DNA of 64,000 nucleotides. Origin: Crocinitomicaceae bacterium. GTDB lineage: Bacteria; Bacteroidota; Bacteroidia; Flavobacteriales_D; Crocinitomicaceae. Shown here one piece after another: positions 59,482-64,000 of this stretch. Position 1 is the stretch's first letter. Every line of letters starts with the position of its first letter. The position numbers were made by a program, and so were the translations under genes. Location: assembly GCA_963736585.1 (NCBI GenBank), contig CAVTPI010000007.1, positions 322,568 through 386,567 on the forward strand, in the 5' to 3' direction. The notes beneath the pieces were generated by a model. That model was not told the origin of the DNA. It ran no database searches and was given only the letters and a program-made list of their open reading frames with translations.

Positions 59482-60099
59482 TTAATTAAAATCAAACCGC
59501 AATTTAAGCCCTGGTGTGCTGTTGTACATTACCGTCGGTGACCATGACATGGACAAATCTTCGTTAACATCAAACGTTACGAAATGGGCATCTACATAAG
59601 CCTCAATAATATTCAGCGCCCACACGCCCATAAAACCAATTAAAAAGTAATCACGGCGTTTGGAGTATAGATCAAAACCGGGGACTGATGTATTGACATC
59701 TACCGAGTAGCCGTTAATGAGTGCGTCTGTACTCTCATAATTTTTAAAGCGTTCATCATAAAACAAATTTGCATCATCCGGTACGGGTTGTGTTTTACGC
59801 CATTCATACTCTTGCCGCAGTAAAGCCGCTGTTTGTTTATTTTGATAAAAATAATAACCACATGCGCCTAACCCTCCGTAAATAATGGGAACTTTCCACC
59901 ATGCCCGGTTTTTTTTGCCTGCAAATTTGCGGTAACCAATTTCATTGTAAATTTGGCCGCTTCCGGGAAGTACAGCAGAAAGTATGGCTGCTTTTTTACG
60001 GTTATGCTGATAGGGTGCATTTAGCGCCGGTATGGTATCTTGGCTGAAAGCCGTAATGCAGCTTAACAGAAAACTTAAAATCAACAATTTTTTAATCAT
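59482..60099 (-). CDS. DUF5683 family protein
   Basis: KAAILSAVLPGSGQIYN...WKVPIIYG, NIIEAYVDAH; follows parB. Confidence 0.85.
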   Translation of the reverse strand: MIKKLLILSFLLSCITAFSQDTIPALNAPYQHNRKKAAILSAVLPGSGQIYNEIGYRKFAGKKNRAWWKVPIIYGGLGACGYYFYQNKQTAALLRQEYEWRKTQPVPDDANLFYDERFKNYESTDALINGYSVDVNTSVPGFDLYSKRRDYFLIGFMGVWALNIIEAYVDAHFVTFDVNEDLSMSWSPTVMYNSTPGLKLRFDFN

Positions 60100-60988
60100 T
60101 AGATTGCTCTATAAAATCGATAATTTGGTCCAATTGTCGTTGTGACCTAAAATTAATAACGATTTTACCTTTCCCTTTATTGTTTGCTGAAATTTGCACG
60201 TTAGTATCTAACCGCTCTGCCAATTGTGTTTTAAACGATTCTACATTTTTGGGAAGTACTGGTTTTGCGTTTGGGATGGTGCCTGGGTCAGTTTTTTTAT
60301 CTCCTTTAATTAACGCCTCTACCTCACGCACAGAAAGTTCTTGTTCTACCGCTTTTTTAAAAATTTCTAACTGTCGGTCTTCGTCTCCGGCAGATACGAT
60401 AGCGCGCGCATGTCCCATTGAAATTAAACCCTCGCGTACACCAATTTGAATGGGTGCCGGTAGCTTTAATAATCTTAAAAAATTAGCTATGTTGGATCGG
60501 CTTTTTCCCAGTTTTTTACTCAACTGTTCTTGCGTAAAATTGCATTCGTCAATTAAACGTTGGTAAGATAATCCTACTTCTATTGCATTTAAATCTACCC
60601 GTTGAATATTCTCTACCAATGCCATTTCTAGCATGGTTTGGTCATTTGCAATGCGAATATAGCACGGCACCTCAGTTAAACCGGCCAACTGTGCTGCTCT
60701 GAAACGGCGCTCGCCAGAAATAAGCTGGTATTTATCGCGTCCTAACTTGCGTACTGTAAGTGGCTGAATAATGCCATGCACGGTAATGGACTCTTTTAAC
60801 TCGCTGAGTTGCTCTTCTTCAAAATGGGTACGGGGGTTAAACGGGTTTGCCTCAATTTGTTTAACGGCAATAGATGAAATTGAACCTACTGTTTGCCCTT
60901 CTACTCCAATATTTCGTGTGGTGATGTCTGTGTTTGCGTTTTCTAATAACGCACTTAACCCTTTTCCTAGCGCTCTTTTCTTTGTCAT
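60092..60988 (-). CDS. parB: Chromosome partitioning protein ParB/Spo0J
   Basis: ALGKGLSALL, GERRFRA, ENIQRVDLN, HTH, GHARA. Confidence 0.96.
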   Translation of the reverse strand: MTKKRALGKGLSALLENANTDITTRNIGVEGQTVGSISSIAVKQIEANPFNPRTHFEEEQLSELKESITVHGIIQPLTVRKLGRDKYQLISGERRFRAAQLAGLTEVPCYIRIANDQTMLEMALVENIQRVDLNAIEVGLSYQRLIDECNFTQEQLSKKLGKSRSNIANFLRLLKLPAPIQIGVREGLISMGHARAIVSAGDEDRQLEIFKKAVEQELSVREVEALIKGDKKTDPGTIPNAKPVLPKNVESFKTQLAERLDTNVQISANNKGKGKIVINFRSQRQLDQIIDFIEQSND

Positions 60989-61000
60989 GCTCCGTTAACT

Positions 61001-61801
61001 TTAGATGAGTTGCTTATCCTTGTTCTTCATTTTCGTCAGATCATTTTTCTGTAGCACCTCTCTTGCAAAGTTAAGGTAATTGATGGAACCTTTACAGGTT
61101 GCGTCATGCATTATAATGGTTTCTCCGAAGCTTGGCGCCTCTCCCAAACGAGTATTGCGGTGGATAATTGTGTTAAATACCAACTCTTGAAAATGGGTTT
61201 TTACTTCATCTACCACCTGATTAGCCAGGCGCAATCGTGTGTCATACATAGTTAGCACAATGCCTTCAATGTCTAACTCCATATTTAACCTGTTTTGTAC
61301 AATTTTTATGGTATTCAATAATTTACCCAATCCTTCCAACGCGAAGTACTCACATTGTACGGGGATAATAACAGAATCTGCCGCGGTTAATGCATTTACG
61401 GTAATTAAACCCAATGAGGGCGAACAGTCAATTATAATAAAGTCGTACGCATCTTTAATACTCGCAAGCGATTGTTTTAACTTGTGCTCGCGATTGGGCA
61501 TATTAATCATTTCTAACTCTGCGCCAACCAAATCAATATGGGCCGGAATAATATCCAAATTTGGATTTTCAGTTTCCAGAATCAAATCTTTCGCATCTGA
61601 CTCGTTTACCAAACAATCGTATATACTTTTCTGAACGTTTCGAGGGTCAAAGCCCACTCCAGAAGTAGCGTTTGCTTGCGGGTCTGCATCAATAATCAGT
61701 GTTTTATACTCCAATACACCGAAACTTGCTCCCAGATTAATGGCAGTTGTTGTTTTTCCTACTCCTCCTTTTTGATTTGTTATTGCAATTATTTTACCCA
61801 T
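61001..61801 (-). CDS. parA: Chromosome partitioning ATPase ParA/Soj
   Basis: NQKGGVGKTT, DPQANATSG, DCSPSLG, QCEYFALEG. Confidence 0.96.
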   Translation of the reverse strand: MGKIIAITNQKGGVGKTTTAINLGASFGVLEYKTLIIDADPQANATSGVGFDPRNVQKSIYDCLVNESDAKDLILETENPNLDIIPAHIDLVGAELEMINMPNREHKLKQSLASIKDAYDFIIIDCSPSLGLITVNALTAADSVIIPVQCEYFALEGLGKLLNTIKIVQNRLNMELDIEGIVLTMYDTRLRLANQVVDEVKTHFQELVFNTIIHRNTRLGEAPSFGETIIMHDATCKGSINYLNFAREVLQKNDLTKMKNKDKQLI

Positions 61802-61829
61802 CTATCTGATCTAAAATTTGAATCCAACT

Positions 61830-61875
61830 CAAAGATAAATGTTTTATGGATAGTAAATGGAATTGTTGAAAACTA
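61830..61875 (-). promoter_or_regulatory. parA promoter (-7 TATCTTTG) and DnaA-box-like 12-mer
   Basis: caaagata at 61830-37; tgttgaaaacta at 61864-75 (reverse complement TAGTTTTCAACA). Confidence 0.5.
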
Positions 61876-63345
61876 TTATTGGTGGCTTTTTTCTTTTAAT
61901 GTGTAGATAAAAATCACGGCAAAACCAATCATCAGCATGGCTTGAAACGGAATCATTCCATAATATTCAAAATAAGCACTAATCACTATTCCCATTGCAA
62001 AATAAAGCGCTAACACCCCTTCAATCAAGGCTGTTGCGCCCAGCTTTTCGTACAAATAAGCATTTTTTTTCCACGCGGTATTTTTTTCGGTTTGATTAAA
62101 CTTTGGTGTACGTATAAAAGCTGTTTTTTTTCCGGCATAGGCTAAAACTATCCCTTGCGAATTATAGAACGACAAACCGAGTGATACCGTTAAAAACTGA
62201 AAAAATCGCAGGAAAAACAGTGGGGCTTTCATCCACTTGTACCTGCTTTTTTCTCTAAACGAAAACCAATAAAAAAGCATTAAAAGTAACGTGCTGCTAA
62301 AGAATAACGCCATCCAACTTATAACGTGTGAAATTGTCGGATTGGCATGAGCCGCTAGAATTAACGGAACAGTGAGTATTGCAGCTGTAAATACAAAAAA
62401 GTAAACTGAACTATTAAATAAATGCCCTAAACCATGAATACGGTCAGACAGGCGTATTTTTTTACCAAATAATAGTTTACCCGCCATTTTTCTAAAATTT
62501 TCTGCGCCTCCTTTTGTCCAACGGTATTGCTGGTTTTTTAGGGCAGAAATGGCTACGGGTAATTCTGCTGGCGATAAAACATCCTCTTTATAAATGAATT
62601 TCCATCCTTTTAATTGCGCGCGGTAGCTTAAATCTAAATCTTCGGTTAGTGTGTCGTGATGCCAACCACCGGCATCTTCTATTGTTGTTTTTCGCCAAAC
62701 GCCTGCCGTTCCGTTAAAATTAATAAAATGTTTGCCGTTGCTACGCCCAACCTGTTCAATACTAAAATGAGCATCTAAAGCAAAGGCTTGCAATTTTGTG
62801 AGCAAAGAGGTGTTTCGATTAATGTGTTCCCAACGGGTTTGCACCACTCCCACGTTCTCATCTGAAAAATAAGGTAAGGTTGCGTATAAAAAATTAGGGT
62901 CAGGCACAAAATCTGCATCAAAAATTGCCACAAAATCGCCTGTTGCATGCTTTAAGCCATACGCCAAAGCCCCAGCTTTAAAGCCCACACGTTGGGGTCT
63001 TCTAATTAATTTTATGTGGTGTGCAGCTTCACCTAGTTCAGCAATTTTAGCTGCTAAAATGGCGGTTGTTTCATCTGTACTGTCATCCAATACCTGAATT
63101 TGAAGTTTTTCTTGCGGGTAGTTAATTTTTGCGATTGATTCAATGAGCCGTTCGGCTACATACTTTTCATTGTAAAGCGGTAACTGGATGGTAACGAGCG
63201 GTAAATCAGTAAACGATTTTTCAGCACATTTGATTTGTTTGCGTTTATTCCGAACATACGCCCATGTTAACGAAAATTGCAGTAACGCATAAATAAAAAT
63301 GACGAAAAGACAAATAAAATAAAGCCCTACAATGATCCACGGCAT
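61876..63345 (-). CDS. Cellulose-synthase-like processive GT2 glycosyltransferase (likely start ATG 63345)
   Basis: DDSTD, KAGAL, FDADF, TEDLD, QQYRW motifs; multiple TM helices. Confidence 0.92.
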   Translation of the reverse strand: MPWIIVGLYFICLFVIFIYALLQFSLTWAYVRNKRKQIKCAEKSFTDLPLVTIQLPLYNEKYVAERLIESIAKINYPQEKLQIQVLDDSTDETTAILAAKIAELGEAAHHIKLIRRPQRVGFKAGALAYGLKHATGDFVAIFDADFVPDPNFLYATLPYFSDENVGVVQTRWEHINRNTSLLTKLQAFALDAHFSIEQVGRSNGKHFINFNGTAGVWRKTTIEDAGGWHHDTLTEDLDLSYRAQLKGWKFIYKEDVLSPAELPVAISALKNQQYRWTKGGAENFRKMAGKLLFGKKIRLSDRIHGLGHLFNSSVYFFVFTAAILTVPLILAAHANPTISHVISWMALFFSSTLLLMLFYWFSFREKSRYKWMKAPLFFLRFFQFLTVSLGLSFYNSQGIVLAYAGKKTAFIRTPKFNQTEKNTAWKKNAYLYEKLGATALIEGVLALYFAMGIVISAYFEYYGMIPFQAMLMIGFAVIFIYTLKEKSHQ

Positions 63346-63349
63346 AACT

Positions 63350-64000
63350 CTAGCGGTACTTAAAAATCGCAAAAATAATTTTATACCCGGCTAAGATAGT
63401 TCCTTTTATCGTTCCGGACACTTTTGAAACACCAATCCTTTTTTTGTAGTTTACCGGTACTTCGGCATAGGTTAATTTTTTTTTAGCCGCTTTAAGCTGC
63501 ATTTCTATCGTCCAGCCGTAGGTTTTATCTGCCATATTTAGCAACATCAGTTTGTCGTATTTAATGGCGCGGAAAGGCGCCAAATCTGTATATTTTACAC
63601 CATAAAAAAGCCGCATTAAACGCGTGGCTAACCAGTTTCCAAAGCGCTGCGGAAAAGTCATAGACCCTTTTTCTTTTGCGCCCAGGGCACGCGAACCAAT
63701 TACAAGGTCAATATCTTTTTCTAAAATAGGTGCAATTACCGCTGGTAACTCTTCGGGATAATCCGAATAATCGCCATCAATAAACACAATAATATCGGGT
63801 GCTGTATCCATTTTGGCGGCATAATCCATCCCCTTTAAACATGCCCAACCATACCCTGCTCGGTTTTCATCCACCACAATTGCACCTGCTGCTTTTGCTA
63901 CTGCGGCAGTTTTGTCGGTAGATCCGTTATTGCAAACGATTATGTCAGAAACAAAATCGTTAGGTAAGTCTTGTATAACTTTACCAATAGATTGCTCTTC
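63350..64000 (-). CDS. GT2 glycosyltransferase (DPM-synthase-like); 5' end lies outside the window
   Basis: Frame stays open to the window end (EEQSIGKVIQDLP...NNGSTD); DGDYSD, GSR, TYGWTIEMQ. Confidence 0.9.
   Translation of the reverse strand, partial: EEQSIGKVIQDLPNDFVSDIIVCNNGSTDKTAAVAKAAGAIVVDENRAGYGWACLKGMDYAAKMDTAPDIIVFIDGDYSDYPEELPAVIAPILEKDIDLVIGSRALGAKEKGSMTFPQRFGNWLATRLMRLFYGVKYTDLAPFRAIKYDKLMLLNMADKTYGWTIEMQLKAAKKKLTYAEVPVNYKKRIGVSKVSGTIKGTILAGYKIIFAIFKYR

Noticed and set aside
59370-61900. parS site or oriC near parAB
   Set aside because: No TGTTTCACGTGAAACA-like palindrome and no DnaA-box cluster seen, only one box-like 12-mer.

Overview
AT-rich chromosomal window from a Bacteroidota genome, probably Flavobacteriales (TAnnTTTG promoters, a T9SS C-terminal domain, DUF4494/DUF5606/DUF4294/DUF5683-type genes). 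Most of it is core genome: pckA, gyrB, pdxH, uvrA, parA/parB, mscS, two S8 proteases, GT2s and three ECF sigma factors. Notable loci are: (1) a CesT/YbjN-like, PspA, YqiJ, flotillin, DUF2007, giant AAA+ ATPase operon, divergent from an XRE regulator and a single-HKD PLD; (2) a carotenoid cluster (crtI, crtB, idi, crtD, cruF, crtY) next to a B12-binding MerR regulator and an ECF sigma, with two identical TTTTGTTTAA-N16-TTAAACAAAA palindromes; (3) a 113-nt rod-shaped RNA element plus a small ORF, lying between an ECF sigma gene and an unannotated 55-aa peptide gene; (4) two non-CRISPR repeat arrays. Three single-base frameshifts (AAA ATPase, crtB, crtI) and two odd substitutions are present. Four of these five sit in a restorable GGCC site, which suggests methylation-linked sequencing errors. 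No rRNA, tRNA, CRISPR, transposase or prophage gene was recognised. All family assignments come from motifs read by eye, not database searches.
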